From Mobula hypostoma (lineage: Eukaryota), in the NCBI RefSeq assembly GCF_963921235.1, contig NC_086108.1, positions 20,708,001 to 20,772,000 on the forward strand: a stretch of 64,000 nt of DNA, given 5' to 3'. The position numbers were made by a program, and so were the translations under genes. Below are positions 48,963 to 63,711 of the stretch, piece after piece (the first letter of the stretch is position 1; every line of letters begins with the position of its first letter). The notes under the pieces are model-generated. The model saw nothing but the letters and a program-made list of their open reading frames with translations, ran no database searches and was not told the DNA's origin.

Positions 48963-50730
48963 CATAGAACATAGTACAGCACAGTACAGGCCCTTCAGCC
49001 CACAATGTTGTGCCAGCCCTTAAACCCTACCTCCCATATAACCCTCCACCTTAAATTCCTCCATATACCTGTCTAGTGGTCTCTTAAATTTCATGAGTGT
49101 ATCTGCCTCCACCTCTGACTCAGGCAGTGCATTCCATGCACCAACCACTCTCTGAGTGAAAAAACCTTCCTCTAATATCCCCCTTGAACCTCCCACCCCT
49201 TACCTTAAAGCTATGTCCTCTTGTATTGAACAGTGGTGCCCTGGGAAAGAGGCGCTGGCTGTCCACTCTGTCTATTCCTCTTAATATCTTGTATACCTCT
49301 ATCATGTCTCCTCTCATCCTTCTTTTCTCCAAAGAGTAAAGCCCTAGCTCCGTTAATCTCTGAACATAATGCATACTGTCTAAACCAGGCAGCATCCTGG
49401 TAAATCTCCTCTGTACCTTTTCCAATGCTTCCACATCCTTCCTATAGTGAGGCGATTAGAACTGGACACAGTACTCCAAGTGTGGCCTAACCAGAGTTTT
49501 ATAGAGCTGCATCATTACCTCGCGACTCTTAAACTCTACCCCTCGAAAACACCCCATAAGCTTTCTTAACTACCCTATCTACCTGTGAGGCAACTTTCAG
49601 GGATCTGTGGACGTGTACCCCCCAGATCCCTCTGCTCCTCCACACTGCCAAGTATCCTGCCATTTACTTTGTACTCTGCCTTGGAGTTTGCCCTTCCAAA
49701 GTGTACCATCTCACACTTCTCTGGGTTGAACTCCATCTGCCACTTCTCAGCCCACTTCTGCATCCTATCAATGTCTCTCTGCAATCTTTGACAATCCTCT
49801 ACACTATCCACACCACCACCAACCTTTGTGTTGTCTGCAAATTTGCCAACCCACCCTTCTACCCCCACATTCAGGTCGTTAATAAAAATCACGAAAAGTA
49901 GAGGTCCCAGAACAGATCCTTGTGGGACACCACTAGTTACAACCCTCCAATCTGAATGTACTCCCTCCACCATGACCCTCTACTTTCTGCAAGCAAGCCA
50001 ATTCTGAATCCACTTGGCCAAATTTCCCTGGATCCCATGCCTTCTAACTTTCTGAATAAGCCTACCGTGTGGAACCTTGTCAAATGCCTTACTAAAATCC
50101 ATGTAGATTACATCCACTGCACTACCCTCATCTATATGCCTGGTCACCTCCTCAAAGAACTCTATCAGGCTTGTTAGACACGATCTGCCCTTCACAAAGC
50201 CATGCTGACTGACCCTGATCAGACCATGATTCTCTAAATGCCCATAGATCCTATCTCTAAGAATCTTTTCCAACAGCTTTCCCACCACAAACGTAAGGCT
50301 CACTGGTCAATAATTACCCGGACTATCCCTACTACCTTTTTTGAACAAGGGGACAACATTCGCCTCCCTCCAATCCTCCAGTACCATTCCCCTGGACAAC
50401 GAGGACATAAAGATCCTAGCCAGAGGCTCAGCAATCTCTTCCCTCGCCTCGTGGAGCAGCCTGGGGAATATTCCGTCAGGCCCTGGAAACTTATCCATCC
50501 TAATGCATTTTAACAACTCCAACACCTCCTCTCCCTTAATATCAACATGCTCCAGAACATCAACCTCATTCATATTGTCCTCACCGTCATCAAGTTCCCT
50601 CTCATTGGTGAATACCAAAGAGAAGTATTCATTGAGGACCTCGCTCACTTCCACAGCCTCCAGGCACATCTTCCCACCTCTATCTCTAATCAGTCTTACT
50701 TTCACTCCTGTCATCCTTTTGTTCTTCACA
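48963..50730 (-). mobile_element. 5'-truncated CR1 LINE
   Basis: QHGFVKGRSCLT, MDFSKAFDKVPH, GVPQGSVLGP, KFADNTK. Confidence 0.9.
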
Positions 50731-50789
50731 TCCATGCACTAGAGGCAATTTATGGTGGCAAATTATCCGATCAATTCACATATTTTGGG

Positions 50790-51408
50790 ACAGAAACATA
50801 GAAAACATACAGCACAATACAGGCCCTTCAGCCCACAAAGCTGTGCCGAACCTGTCCCTACCTTAGAAGTACCTAGGCTTTACCCATAGCCCTCTATTTC
50901 TGTAAGCTTCATGTACTCATCCAGGAGTCTCTTAAAAGACCCTATCATTTCCACCTCCACCGCCACGGCCGGCAGCCCATTCCACGAATTCACCACTCTC
51001 CGCGTAAAAAAACTTACCCCTGACATCTCCTCTGTACCTATTTCCAAGCACCTTTAAAACTATGCCCTCTTGTGCTAGCCATTTCAGCCCTGGGGAAAAG
51101 CCTCTGACTATCCACACGATCAATGCCTCTCATTAACTTGTATACCTCTATCAAGTCACCTCTCATCCTCCGTCGCTCCAAGGAGAAAAGGCCGAGTCCA
51201 CTGAACCTATTCTTATAAGGTATGCTCCCCAATTCAGGCAACATCCTTGTAAATCTCCTCTGCACCCTTTCTATGGTTTCCACACCCTTCCTATAGTGAG
51301 GTGACCAGAATTGAGCACAGTACTCCCAAGTGGGGTCTGACCAGGGTGCTATGTAGCTGCAACATTACCTCTCGGCTCTTAAACTCAATCCCTCGATTGA
51401 TGAAGGCA
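50790..51408 (-). mobile_element. CR1 3' fragment
   Basis: ERVQRRFTRMLP...RGDLIEVYK; ctatgtttct tail. Confidence 0.85.
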
Positions 51409-52084
51409 ATGGTGACATGGGAGACCAGAGCAACAGAGGGAGCATGTGTAAGCTCCATGTTCCAGCGTGACTTATTCCACTGGGCTCTGACTCACAGGAG
51501 GTTCCAGTTGTATAAATTTTAATTTCTTTGAAGTGACATCATGATCAGAACAGAAACAGAGGTGAAGGGCCTGTTCCTGCATTGTACTGTTCTATTGTGT
51601 ATTTTTTTTTAAATATTGCTTGGTTAATTCACATGGTTGCTTTTCATTTTAAGTGTGAAAAGAAGATACACTGTATCTAAGCCAACCTTCACCATTTTAT
51701 TTTTTCATTCGTTAGATGTAGACTTCTGATGACAAAGTCAGCATTATCTGTTTGTAATTTTATTTTCTTGAATGTAGAGATTTAACAGTTCATTTCTAAG
51801 GAGTTTTTAGAACTAATCTCTTGGTCTGGAAACACAGAGGGCAGACCAGATAGACATTAGAGAATCAAATGGGAGTTTCACAATAATCTGGCAGTCAAAA
51901 ACCATCAGGTACAAATACTTGGGGCTTGAACCTTCTGGTTTTACTATTGCTTTCAATCAGCAGTTCTTTTAAATTTTCATGTTCGGCAATTTCAAATGTT
52001 ATAATTTTTCAGTCAAGCAATGTACTGGCCTGTGCTATTTATAAAGAAAATGTGTTGAGAATATTGAGATCTTTTCTAAATGAT

Positions 52085-55000
52085 ATTGCCTTTTTACCTA
52101 CCATGGGAGTTCTCTGGGGTCATTTTGGTAGCAGTTTACATTCCACCTCAGGCCAATGTCAAGCAGGCTTTGGATGATCTGAGTAATGGGATCAATGTGC
52201 ACAAAGCAGCACACCCTAATGCCTTTACTATCATTTTGGGAGATTTTAACCAGGGCAGCCTGAAAAAATCACGAAGCAACTACCATCAACAGATCACTTG
52301 CAATACCAGAGGAAACAACACACTGGACCATTGCCTACCATGCAATTCCATGCCTACCATGCTATTCCATGCCCTCACTTCAGGAAGTCTGATCACCTAG
52401 CTGTACTTATACTGCCCGAGTATATGCAGAGACTGAAGACTGCAGCACCAGTAGTGAGGACCAAGAAGGTATGGACAAGGGAAGCACAGGAGCGCCTACA
52501 GGATTGCTTTGAACCAGTGGACTGGACTGTATTCAGTAATTCATCTTCGAACCTGGATGAGTATGCTGCAGTTGTTACTGACTTGATTCCTGTGTGGATG
52601 AGTGTGTGCCTACAAAGACTTAGCGTACATTCACAAATCAAAAGCCATGGATGAACCAGGAGGAATGTCGTCTGCTGAAGGCTAGATCTGTAGTATTCAA
52701 GTCTGGCAACCGAGGCCTGATCCAGAAAACTAGGTATCACTTGCGGAGGGCTACTTAAGGACAAAGAGACAATTTCAAATGAGGTTAGAGGTGACATCAG
52801 ATGCACGGCAACTCTGGCAGGGTCTGCAAGACATTACTTCCTACAAAGCGAAACCCAATAGTATGAATGGCAGCGATGCTTCACTACCAGATGAACTCAA
52901 TGCCTTCTATGCACACTTTGAAAGGGAGAACACAACTACAGCTGTGAAGATCCCTGCTGCACCTGATGACCCTGTGATCTCTGTCTCAGAGGCCGATGTT
53001 AGACTGTTTTTAAAGGGAGTGAACCCTCGCAAGGCAGAAGGTCCTGATGGAATACCTGGTAAGGCTCTGAAAATCTGTGCCAACCAACTAGTGGGAGTAT
53101 TCATGGACGTTTTCAATCTCTCATTGCTATGGGTGGAAGTTCCCACTTGCTTCAAAAAGGCAACAATTATACCAGTGCCTAAGAAGAATACTGTGGGCTG
53201 TCTTAATGAATATCGCCTGGTAGCACTCACATTAACAGTGATGAAATGCTTTGAGATTGGTCATGGCTAGACTGACAGCAAGGACCTGAACCCATTGCAA
53301 TTTGCCTATCGCCACAATAGGTCAATGGCAGACACAATCTCAATGACTCTGTACACAGCTTTAGACCACCTAAACAACACAAACACCTATGCCAGGATGC
53401 TGTTCATTGACTATAGCTCAGCATTTAATACCATCATTCCCACAATCCTCATTGAGAAGTTGCAGAACCTGGGCCTCTGTACCTCCCTCTGCAATTGGAT
53501 CTTCAGTTTCCTAACCAGAAGACCACAGTCTGTGCAGATTGGTGATAACATATCCTCCTCGCTGACGATCAACACTGGCGCACCTCAGGGGTGTGGGCTT
53601 AGCCCACTGCTCTACTCTCTCTATACACATGACTGTGTGGCTAGGCATAGCTCAGATACCATCTACAAATTTGCTGACAATACAACCATTGTTGGCAGAA
53701 CCTCAGGTGGTTATGAGAGGGCGTACAGGAGTGAGATACGCCAACTAGTGGAATGCTGCCGCAGCAACAACCTGGTACTCAACATCAGTAAGACCAAAGA
53801 GCTGATTGTGGACTTCAGGAAGGGTAAGACGAAGGAACACATGCAAATCCTCATAGAGGGCTCAGAAGTGGAGAGAGTGAGCAGCTTCAAGTTCCTGGGT
53901 GTCAAGATCTCTGAGGATCTAACCTGGTCCCAACATATCGATGTAGCTATAAAGAAGGCAAGACAGCGGCTATACTTTATTAAGTGTTTGAAGAGATTTG
54001 GCATGTCAATACACTCAAAAACTTCTATAGTTGTACTGTGGAGAACATTCTGACAGGGTGCATCACTGTCTGGTATGGAGGAGCTACTGCACAGGACCAA
54101 AAGAAGCTGCAGAAGGTTGTAAATCTAGTCAGCTCAATCTTGGGCACTGGCGTACAAAGTACCCAGGACACACAGGAGATTAGTGTGCAAACTTAAAGCA
54201 CACGGTATTGGGGGTAAGGTATTAATGTGGATAGAGAATTGGTTAGCAGACAGGAAGCAAAGAGTGGGAATAAACGGGACCTTTTCAGAATGGCAGGCAG
54301 TGACTAGTGGGGTACCGCAAGGCTCAGTACTGGGACCCCAGTTGTTTACAATATATATTAATAACTTGGATAAGGGAATTAAATGCAGCATCTCCAAGTT
54401 TGCGGATGACACGAAGCTGGGCGGCAGTGTTAACTGTGAGGAGGATGCTAAAAGGATGCAGGCTGACTTGGATAGGTTAGAGTGGGCAAATTCATGGCAG
54501 ATGCAATTTAATGTGGATAAATGTTAAGTTATCCACTTTGGTGGCAAAAATAGGAAAACAGATTATTATCTGAATGGTGGCCGATTAGGAAAAGGGGAGG
54601 TGCAACGGGACCTGGGTGTCATTATACACCAGTCATTGAAAGTGGGCATGCAGGTACAGCAGGCGGTGAAAAAGGCGAATGGTATGCTGGCATTTATAGC
54701 AAGAGGATTCGAGTACAGGAGCAGGGAAGTACTACTGCAGTTGTACAAGGCCTTGGTGAGACCACACCTGGAGTATTGTGTGCAGATTTGGTCCCCTAAT
54801 CTGAGGAAAGACATCCTTGCCATAGAGGGAGTACAAGGAAAGTTCACCAGATTGATTCCTGGGATGGCAGGACTTTCATATGATGAAAGACTGGATGAAC
54901 TAGGCTTATACTCGTTGGAATTTAGAAGATTGAGGGGGGGATCTGATTGAAATGTATAAAATCCTAAAGGGATTGGACAGGCTAGATGCAGGAAGATTGT

Positions 55001-55690
55001 TCCCGATGTTGGGGAAGTCCAGAATGAGGGGTCACAGTTTGAGGATAAAGGGGGAGCCTTTTAGGACCGAGATTAGGAAAAACTTCTTCACACAGAGAGT
55101 GGTGAATCTGTGGAATTCTCTGCCACAGGAAATAGTTGAGGCCAGTTCATTGGCTATATTTAAGAGGGAGTTAGATATGGCCCTTGTGGCTAAAGGGATC
55201 AGGGGGTATGGAGGGAAGGCTGGTGCAGGGTTCTGAGTTGGATGATCAGCCATGATCATACTGAATGGCGGTGCAGGCTCGAAGGGCCGAATGGCCTACT
55301 CCTGCACCTATTTTCTATGTTTCTATCTTTAGGAAGCGGTGTCTCAGCAAGGCAGCGCCCATTATTAAGGGCCTCCAGCAGCCAGGGCATGCCCTTTTCT
55401 CACTCTTACCATCAGGTAGGAGGTACAGAAGCCTGAAGGCACACACTCAGCGATTCAGGAATTCCTAAATGGACATTGAAGCTACCTCACTTTTTAAAAA
55501 AAAAACAGTATTTCTGTTTTTACACGTTTTTTAAGAATCTATTCAAAATATGTAATTGATTTAACTTATTATTATTATGTTTTGTTTATTTTATTTATTT
55601 TTCTCTCTGCTAGATTATGTATTGCATTGAACTGCTGCTGCTAGGTTAACAAATTCACATCATATACTGGTGATAATAAACCTGATTTTG
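52085..55690 (+). mobile_element. Rex1/Babar LINE interrupted by CR1 54171-55327
   Basis: [35 protein letters not shown]; resumes at 55328 and ends gataataaacctgatt. Confidence 0.9.
54171..55327 (+). mobile_element. Young CR1 3' fragment
   Basis: GVPQGSVLGP, KFADDTK; same family as 42527-43392. Confidence 0.92.
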
Positions 55691-56179
55691 ATAGATATAG
55701 GAAGCACCATATTCGCATAACCTCCATGTTGGCCACAACAGTGTTCCTCACATTTGCATTCTCAACAGCATCCAATATAAACAAAACGTGTTTCTCTGGG
55801 CTTACAAAAATAATTTTGAAACAGAAATTAATCTCCATTTTAAAAATACACTGTAAATCATTTTTAAAACTAGCAAACATTTACTGTAAAAAAAGACAAA
55901 AAGCATTGAAGCTGCTTAATTAAATAAAAACAGAAAACACTTGTCGGTTAAGCAGCACATGTGAACTGAAATAACGCTATAATTTTTCTATTAGTTTTAC
56001 CATAATTCTATTCATTTTAAAAAAGGATATATTCAGGTTACAGGTTAAAGTCCAAAGTCCAGAACTGGGGCAGAGCAAATTTTGGAACCATTTACTGGAA
56101 TCGTAGTGGTTGATTGCACAAAATTGTTTGCAGAGCAAGGAGTACAGTATCTGTAAAATGGGAGGTTGTTAGAAGTGTA

Positions 56180-59100
56180 ATCTCAAGAGTTCAGGACCTA
56201 TATGTCCAAGTTAGAGTGAAGGGCTAAGCTGGCCAGGTTAGAAAACACCAGTTGACAAAAGATATTGAGGTTCTGGTTAAGAAAAAGATGGAGGCATATA
56301 CTGCACATAAGCAACTGTACTCTACTCTAGTGAATTTCTTTATGACTAAAAGTCATGTAGGAGTGCACAAGAGGGAAGTTAGGAGGGCAAAAAGTAGATA
56401 TGAGAAGAATTTGCAGACAAGTTGAAGCAAAATCCAGGAAAGTTCTTTAAGTATGTAAAGAACAAACGAGTAGGGAGGGAGAGAATGGGTCCCCTTAAAA
56501 ACAGCATGGTTTTCTGTGTGTGAAACCAAAGACTATTGGTGAGATTCTTAATATTTCTCTTCAATTTTTACTATGGTGAAAAAGAAGCAAGTTAAGGAAA
56601 TAGGGGAAATGAGCTGTGTTGTGTTCGGCTACATTAAATGGAGATATAACCCCTGGACCTGACCTGGTGCCTTTTCAGACTTTGAGACGCTAGAGAGAAG
56701 AAAAATAAATCACAGAGGCCCTGTTCTTACAAAGATTTTTACTACTTCTCTAGTCACAAGTGATGTGTACAGGAGAGTGGCTCATATAGTATCATTATTT
56801 AAAAATAGGGAGCAAAGTCAAGCCATCTACAGACCAGTGATTCTGACATTGGCGGTAGATAAATTGCTGGAGCAGGATTTTGAGGGACAGGATCTACCAA
56901 CATTTAGAGAGCTAGTCTGATTCAGGACAGTCAGCACAATTTAGTGTGCAGGAAGTTGTCTCCAAAGAGAGTAGATGAGGGTAGAGTAGTAAATGTTGTC
57001 TATATGAACTTTAGGAAGGCCTCTGACAAGCTCACTAGCAAGCTACGTTGGAAGGTTAAATCACATCGGAAATCATTTATAATCGGCTCAATGGTATGGA
57101 GTAGAGGGTGATGGTCAAGGGTAATGGAGCTCTGTGTCTAGTGGTGTGCTCTAAGTGTTAGTGCTGGGACCGCTGTCATTTGTAATTTATATAAATGATT
57201 TGCATGTGAATGTACAAGGCATGCTTAGTAACTTTGTGTATGATGTTATAATAGCTGGTATTATGGATAGAATAGAAGTTATAAAAATTACAGGTTGATT
57301 TGTAATCAGCTACGTAGGTGGATTGCAGATTGGTAAACCCTTTAAATCCAGATAAATGTGAGGTATTGTATTTTGGGAGATCAAACCAGGGTAGGACTGA
57401 TACAATGAATGGTAGGAATACAGGGAATGTTATGAATTAAGGAGACCTAGGACTGCAAGTGTATGGTTTACTGATAGCAGTGTCACAGATACATAGGGTA
57501 GTGAAAAGGTATGGCAGACCAACCTTCATCAATCAGGGCACTGAGTTAGGAGGTTATGATGCAGTTATAACCAGTAGGCTAGATAAGGGAGATGCAGTGG
57601 ATGTTGTATGTTTGGATTTTCAGAAGGCCTTTGACAAGGTGCCACACATGAGGCCACTTAATAAGAGCCCATGGAATTACGAGAAAGTTACATACGTGGA
57701 TAGAGCGTTGGCTGATTGGCAGGGAACAGAGAGTGGGAATAAAGGGATCCTATTCTGGTTGGCTGCCGGTTACCAGTGGTGTTCCATAGGGGTCCATGTT
57801 GGGGCCGCTTCTTTTTACATTGTACATCAACAATTTGGATTATGGAATAGATGGTTTGTAGCTAAGTTTGCTGACGATACAAAGATAGGTGGAGGGGCCG
57901 GTAGTGCTGAGGAAATGGAGAGTCTGCAGAGAGACTTGGATAGATTGGAAGAATGGGCAAAGAAGTGGCAAATGAAATACAACGTTGGCAAGTGTATGGT
58001 TATGCACTTTGGCAGAAGAAATAAACGGGCAGACTATTATTTAAATGGGGAAAGAATTCAAAGTTCTGAGATGCAATGGGACTTGGGACTCCTCGTACAG
58101 GATACCCTTAAGGTTAACCTCCAGGTTGAGTCGGTAGTGAAGAAGGCAAATGCAATGTTGGCATTCATTTCTAGAGGAATAGAGTATAGGAGCAGGGATG
58201 TGATGTTGAGGCTCTATAAGGCACCGGTGAGTACTTGGAGTACTGTGGGCAGTTTTGTTCTCCTTATTTATGAAAGGATGTGCTGACGTTGGAGAGGGTA
58301 CAGAGAAGATTCACTAGAATGATTCCGGGAATGAGAGGGTTAACACATGAGGAACATTTGTCTGTTCTTGGACTGTATTCCTTGGAGTTTCGAAGAATGA
58401 GGGAAGACCTCATAGAAACATTTCGAATGTTGAAAGGCATGGACAGAGTGGATGTGGCAAAGTTGTTTTCCATGATGGGGGAGTCTAGTATGAGAGGGCA
58501 TGACTTAAGGATTGAAGAGCGCCCATTCAGAACAGAAATGTGAAGAATTTTTTTAGAGGGTGGTGAATCTAAGGAATTTGTTGCCACGGGCAGCAATGGA
58601 GGCCAAGTCATTGGGTGCATTTAAGGCAGAGATTGATAGGTATCTGAGTAGTCAGGACATCAAAGGTTATGGTGAGAAGGCGGGGGAGTGGGACTAAATG
58701 GGAGAATGGATCAGCTCATGATAAAATGGCAGAGCAGGCTCGATGGGCTGAATGGCTGACTTCTGCTCCTTTGTCTTACGGTCTTATGGTCTATACAAGA
58801 CATTGGTGAGGCTGCACTTGGGAGTGTTGAGTACAGTTTTGGTCACATTGTTACAGCAAAGATATCATTAAACTAGAAAGAGTGCAGAAAAGAGTTATCA
58901 GGATGTTGCTTGGACTTGGCCCAAACTACAAGGAGAGATTGTATAAACTATTCTCTGGAATTTAGGAGATTGAGGGATGATAGAGGCATCATTTGGGGCA
59001 TAGACAGGGTGGAGCACAGTCTTTCCTCAGAGAGAGGATGCTAGAAACATGATGGCATATGATTAAGATCAGAAGCAAGAGATTTAAAAGTGAAATCAGG

Positions 59101-59320
59101 AGCAGCTTATCATGCAAAGGGCGGTGTATACTTGAAATGAGCTCCCAGAAATAGTGGATGAGGCGAGCTTATTTGCAACATTTAAAAGCCTTCTCAATAC
59201 GTATATGGATGGGAGGGGTTTAGAGGTCTATGGGTCATATATAGGCAAAATGGGACTAGCTCACTGGATAACACAGTCAGCATGGACAGGTTGAACTGAA
59301 TTCTGCTGATCCTGATTCTA
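56180..59320 (+). mobile_element. Old CR1 LINE interrupted by younger CR1 57569-58792
   Basis: Decayed ORF2 remnants; host sequence gcagttata...tacaagacattgg resumes after the insert. Confidence 0.8.
57569..58792 (+). mobile_element. CR1 3' fragment, same family as 24673-28140
   Basis: SRLDKGDAVDVV, KFADDTKIGGGAGSAEE; ggtcttatggtc tail. Confidence 0.9.
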
Positions 59321-59341
59321 TTTCATTCATAACTTTTCATT

Positions 59342-61535
59342 ACTTTATACTTTATTGTCACCAAACAATTGATACTGGAACGTACAATCACAGCAATATT
59401 TGATTCTGTGTTTTGCGCTCCCTGGAGTACAAATCGATAGTAAATATTAAAAATTTAAATTATAAATCATAAATAGAAAATGGAAAGTAAGGTAGTGCAA
59501 AAAAACCAAGAGGCAGGCCTGGATATTTGGAGGGTATGGACCAGATCGGGGTCAGGATCCGTTCAGCAGTCTTATCACAGTTGGAAAGAAGCTGTTCCCA
59601 AATCTGGCTGTATGATTCTTCAAGCTCCTGAGCCTTCTCCCGGAGGGAAGAGGGACGAAAAGTGTGTTGGCTGGGTGGGTCGTGTCCTCGATTATCCTGG
59701 CCGCACTGCTCCAACAGCAGTGGTGTAAAGTGAGTCCAAGGACGGAAGATTGGTTTGTGTGATATGCTGGGCTGTGTTCACGACCTTCTGCAGCTTCTTC
59801 CGGTCTTGGACAGGACAACTTTCATACTAGGTTGTGATGCACCTTAGAAGAATGCTTTCTACGGTGCATCTAGTCATAGTCATAATCATACTTTATTGAT
59901 CCCTGGGGAGATTGGTTTTCGTTACAGTTGCACCATAAATAATTAAATAGTAATAAAACCATAAATAGTTAAATAGTAATATGTAAATTATGCCAGGAAA
60001 TAAGTCCAGGACCAGCCTATTGGCTCAGGGTATCTGACCCTCCAAGGGAGGAGTTGTAAAGCTTGATGGCCACCTGCAGGAATGACTACCTACGACGCTT
60101 TGTGTTGCATCTTGGTGGAATGAGTCTCCGGTTGAATGTACTCCTGTGCCCAACCAGTACATTATGTAGTGGATGGGAGACATTGTCCAAGATGGCATGC
60201 AACTTGGACAGCATCCTCTTTTCAGACACCACCGTCAGAGAGTCCAGTTCCATCCCCACAACATCACTGGCCTTACGAATGAGTTTGTTGATTCTGTTGG
60301 TGTCTGCTACCCTCAGCCTGCTGCCCCAGCACACAACCACAAACATGATCGCACTGGCCACCACAGACTTGTAGAACATCCTCAGCATTGTCCAGCAGAT
60401 GTTAAAGGACCTCAGTCTCCTCAGGAAACAGAAATCTATAAAAATTAGTGAGGGTCAAAATTTCTTTAGCTTTCTCAGGAAGTAATGGCGCTGGTGAGCC
60501 TTCTTGGCAGTGGACTCTGCTTGGTTGGACCAAGTCATGTCATTTGTGATATTGACCCCGAGGAACTTAAAGCTTTTGACCTGTTCCACTTGTGCACGAC
60601 CGATGTAAATGGGGTCGTGCGGTCCGCTACTCCTTCTGAAGTCAACAGCCAATTCCTTCGTCTTGCTGACGTTGAGGGATAGTTTATTGTCTTTGCACCA
60701 TGCCACCAGGTTCTTAATTTCCTCTCTGTACTCAGACTCATCATTACCCGAGATATGGCCTACAATTGTGGTGTCATCAGCAAACTTATATATTGAGTTC
60801 GATGGAAACTTGGCTACACAATCATGGGTGTACAGTGAGTACAGCAGGGGGCTGAGTACACAGCCTTGTGGGGCACCGGTGCTCAGAGTGATTGTAGAGG
60901 AGAGCTTGTCCCCTATTTTTACAGCCTGTGTCCTGTCTGGGAGGAAGTTGAAGATCCAGCTACAGATCTGAGTGCTAAGGCCCAGGTTCCGGAGCTTAGA
61001 AATCAGTTTATTTGTTATGATTGTATTAAAGGCAGAGCTGTATCAATGAAAAGGAGCCTTACATATGTGTCTTTATTCTCCAGGTGTTCTAGGGAGGAAT
61101 GTAGGGCCAGAGGGATGGCATCTGCCGTTGACCTGCTGCTCTGGTTGGTGAATTGCAAAGTGTCGAGGTTGACTGGTAGGCTGGGATTGATGTGTGCCAT
61201 AACCAATCACTCGAAGCACTTCATAGCAATTGATGTCAGAGCCACAGGTCGATAGTCGTTCAGGCATGCCACCTTGCTCTTCTTCGACACCGGGATTATC
61301 GTTGCCTTCTTAAAACATGAGGGGATCTTAGACTGAAGCAAGGAGCAGTTGAAGATGTCAGCAAACACTCCAGCTAGCTCGCTTGCACAGGCCCGGAGAA
61401 CCCATCCTGGGATGCCATCTGGACCCGTCGCCTTCCTTGAATTTATCTTCAGGAAGGCCCTTCTAACATCCTCCTTGGTGACGATGAATCTCGATGCCAC
61501 CAGGTTCGGTTCATCCGGAGGGAGCGGGACGCTCA
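59342..61535 (-). mobile_element. Rex1/Babar LINE interrupted by another Rex fragment
   Basis: [37 protein letters not shown]. Confidence 0.9.
59873..60430 (-). mobile_element. Rex1/Babar 3' fragment nested in a Rex element
   Basis: Same family as 1003-1401 and 44018-44556; short atcta duplication at both junctions. Confidence 0.85.
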
Positions 61536-63019
61536 TTAGAACAGAAACAGTTAGAAAATAAGCATGTTCTGAGTTGCAGAAAAGGGGAGAGGGTTGGAGA
61601 GAACAGAGATAGACGTCAAGAGACTAAAATTACATACAAGTGGTAGCGAAAAATAAAGTAATTTTAGAACTGCAGGATACAAATCATTGCAATTCCTGAC
61701 AATATCCAAAAGGCCAGTTCTGACACAAACTGTAGAGGTTGGTAATCTGAAATTGTTAAATTCAATATTAAACTCGCCTGTATGCTGTGGTTCTTGATGC
61801 AAGCAATGCTTTAGCTCATCAATTGTGTCTTCTGTTTGATTTAACATGGTCACCTATTGTACCTCTGCACAAACAACTGAAAATGACATCCCCCTGCTCT
61901 GTTTGCTTCTGTTTTATTATTTACAGTTTTAGTTAATGATATCTGTACTACTCCAGAAGTTGAGATTGGAATTCTAAATTTTACATGGGATGCCCAGCAT
62001 GGGTTCTGAAGTTTGACAGGCAGTTTGTGAGTAACAACAGAAACTGCAACTTTGTAGTATTTAGACTATTTCAGCTTTCCTGTAATTATTATTTTTCACA
62101 TAATTGCACACATTTTTTAATCAATTGTTTTATTTCCAGTCACACATTTATTCTTTTAACTATTGTCACCACTAGGGGGCTGCTGCCCAATCTATTCCAC
62201 TGACAAATGTAGTCTGTTGTCCACATGTGTATTTTGAAAGCACACAAAGAATTATAAATTTTAAAGCAAGATATAAATTCTACGCGGTTGACATTTATTG
62301 CCAGCATGGAATCTTAACTATTTAGCAAAAAATCAAATAGGGTTTTTCATGTCTTTTTGTCTTTTTATTAGTTAGTGAATATAAATTCAGGAAATATAAT
62401 AAATTTGGAATTGAAGTCAATTCTCAAGTTAAAGCTTTCATTAGAGCTACCAGATTATTTGATGAGTGGTTCACAACATAATATCCTTATTCAGTCTAGC
62501 CAATATGTAACTCCTGTATCACATTAATTTCCCATAAGGAAGTAAATAATGAAAAAAATAAAGCCTTATAAACTCTAACTTATCATTCTAGATTAAAAAA
62601 AAACACAAATTAAAATTCTCACTCTGCAGCAGTGGGATTCAAATTAATGTCTCCATATGCTAGTCTTCTGGATAGAAGCCAGTATCCTAATCCTGTAGAA
62701 CCACACTTAGATGGCATAATTTTGGTCAGAAATCTTCCTATGGAATATTTTAATTTCCCTCACTGAGAACATTTTGTCATTCCAGACTAAACACCACTGA
62801 CCACATCCTCAAATAATTTGAGTTAGATTTCTAATTTACATTTAACTCTGCAGAATAAATATTAGCAGAAAAAGAAATTGCTTTCCAGTAAGTTACTGGT
62901 GATGTTACCTTACAGTATTTCCTTCCAAAAGACTAACAAACAAAATATTTAGCAATCTGTTGCAAAAGTACACTAGCATCTACTCTATAAAGCAGAAAAC
63001 AACATCAGTATCCACAAAA

Positions 63020-63575
63020 ACAAGACAAAGGCATTGAGTGTAAGAGTTGGGATGTTATGTTGCAGTTGGTGAGGCCATACTTGTGTATTGCAGAGTTTTA
63101 ATTAGTCAGTTATAGGAAAGACACAATTAAGCTGGAAAGAATGCAGAGAAGATTTATAAGAATGCTGTCAGGACTATATTACTGTACCTTACTATATTAC
63201 TCTTTGACTCAAGCGTCTGAGTTATGTAGAGAAATTAGGTAAGCTAGGACACGAGGGGTGACTTTATACAGGTATAAAATCATGAGGGGCATACAGAGGG
63301 TGTATGCACACAGTCTTTTTCTCCCGGAGAAGGAGAATCAAATATGTGAGGTTTAGGTTTAAGGTGAGAAGGGAAAAATTTAAAGGGGTGGTGAGTATAT
63401 TTAATAGACTCCCAGAGACAGTAGTTGAGGCGGATACAATAACAACATTTATAACGTCAGGAAAGGTTGAGGGATGTTGGCTAAACATGGGCAAATGGGA
63501 CTAGCTTTGAATGGGCATCTTAGCTGGCATGGACAAGTTGGACCAAAGGGCTATTTCTGTTCTGCGTGACTCTTA
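63020..63575 (+). mobile_element. Decayed CR1 3' fragment
   Basis: LERMQRRF-like and RLPETVVEADTITTF remnants; CR1-type tail. Confidence 0.75.
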
Positions 63576-63601
63576 ATCCAAACCTACCACTATATTAGTC
63601 T

Positions 63602-63711
63602 CATACATCAAGGTTGCTGGTGAACGCAGCAGGCCAAGCAGCATCTATAGGAAGAGGTGCAGTCGACGTTTCAGGCCGAGACCCTTCATCAGGACTAACT
63701 GAAGGAAGAGT
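63602..63711 (-). mobile_element. Solo tail-less Penelope pseudo-LTR fragment
   Basis: Near-identical to 18968-19077; flanked by atattagtct 63592-63601 / 63720-63729. Confidence 0.85.
63660..63697 (-). ncRNA. Minimal type I hammerhead ribozyme
   Basis: UAGUC CUGAUGA AGG-GUCUCGG-CCU GAAA CGUC GACUG. Confidence 0.8.

Noticed and set aside
57459..58286. 275 aa ORF as a novel gene
   Set aside because: Chance fusion of an old CR1 and a nested, frameshifted CR1.
61551..61853. 100 aa ORF with a faint hAT dimerisation-like stretch (CNDLYPAVLKLL)
   Set aside because: Similarity too weak to call by eye; no splice or TIR support.
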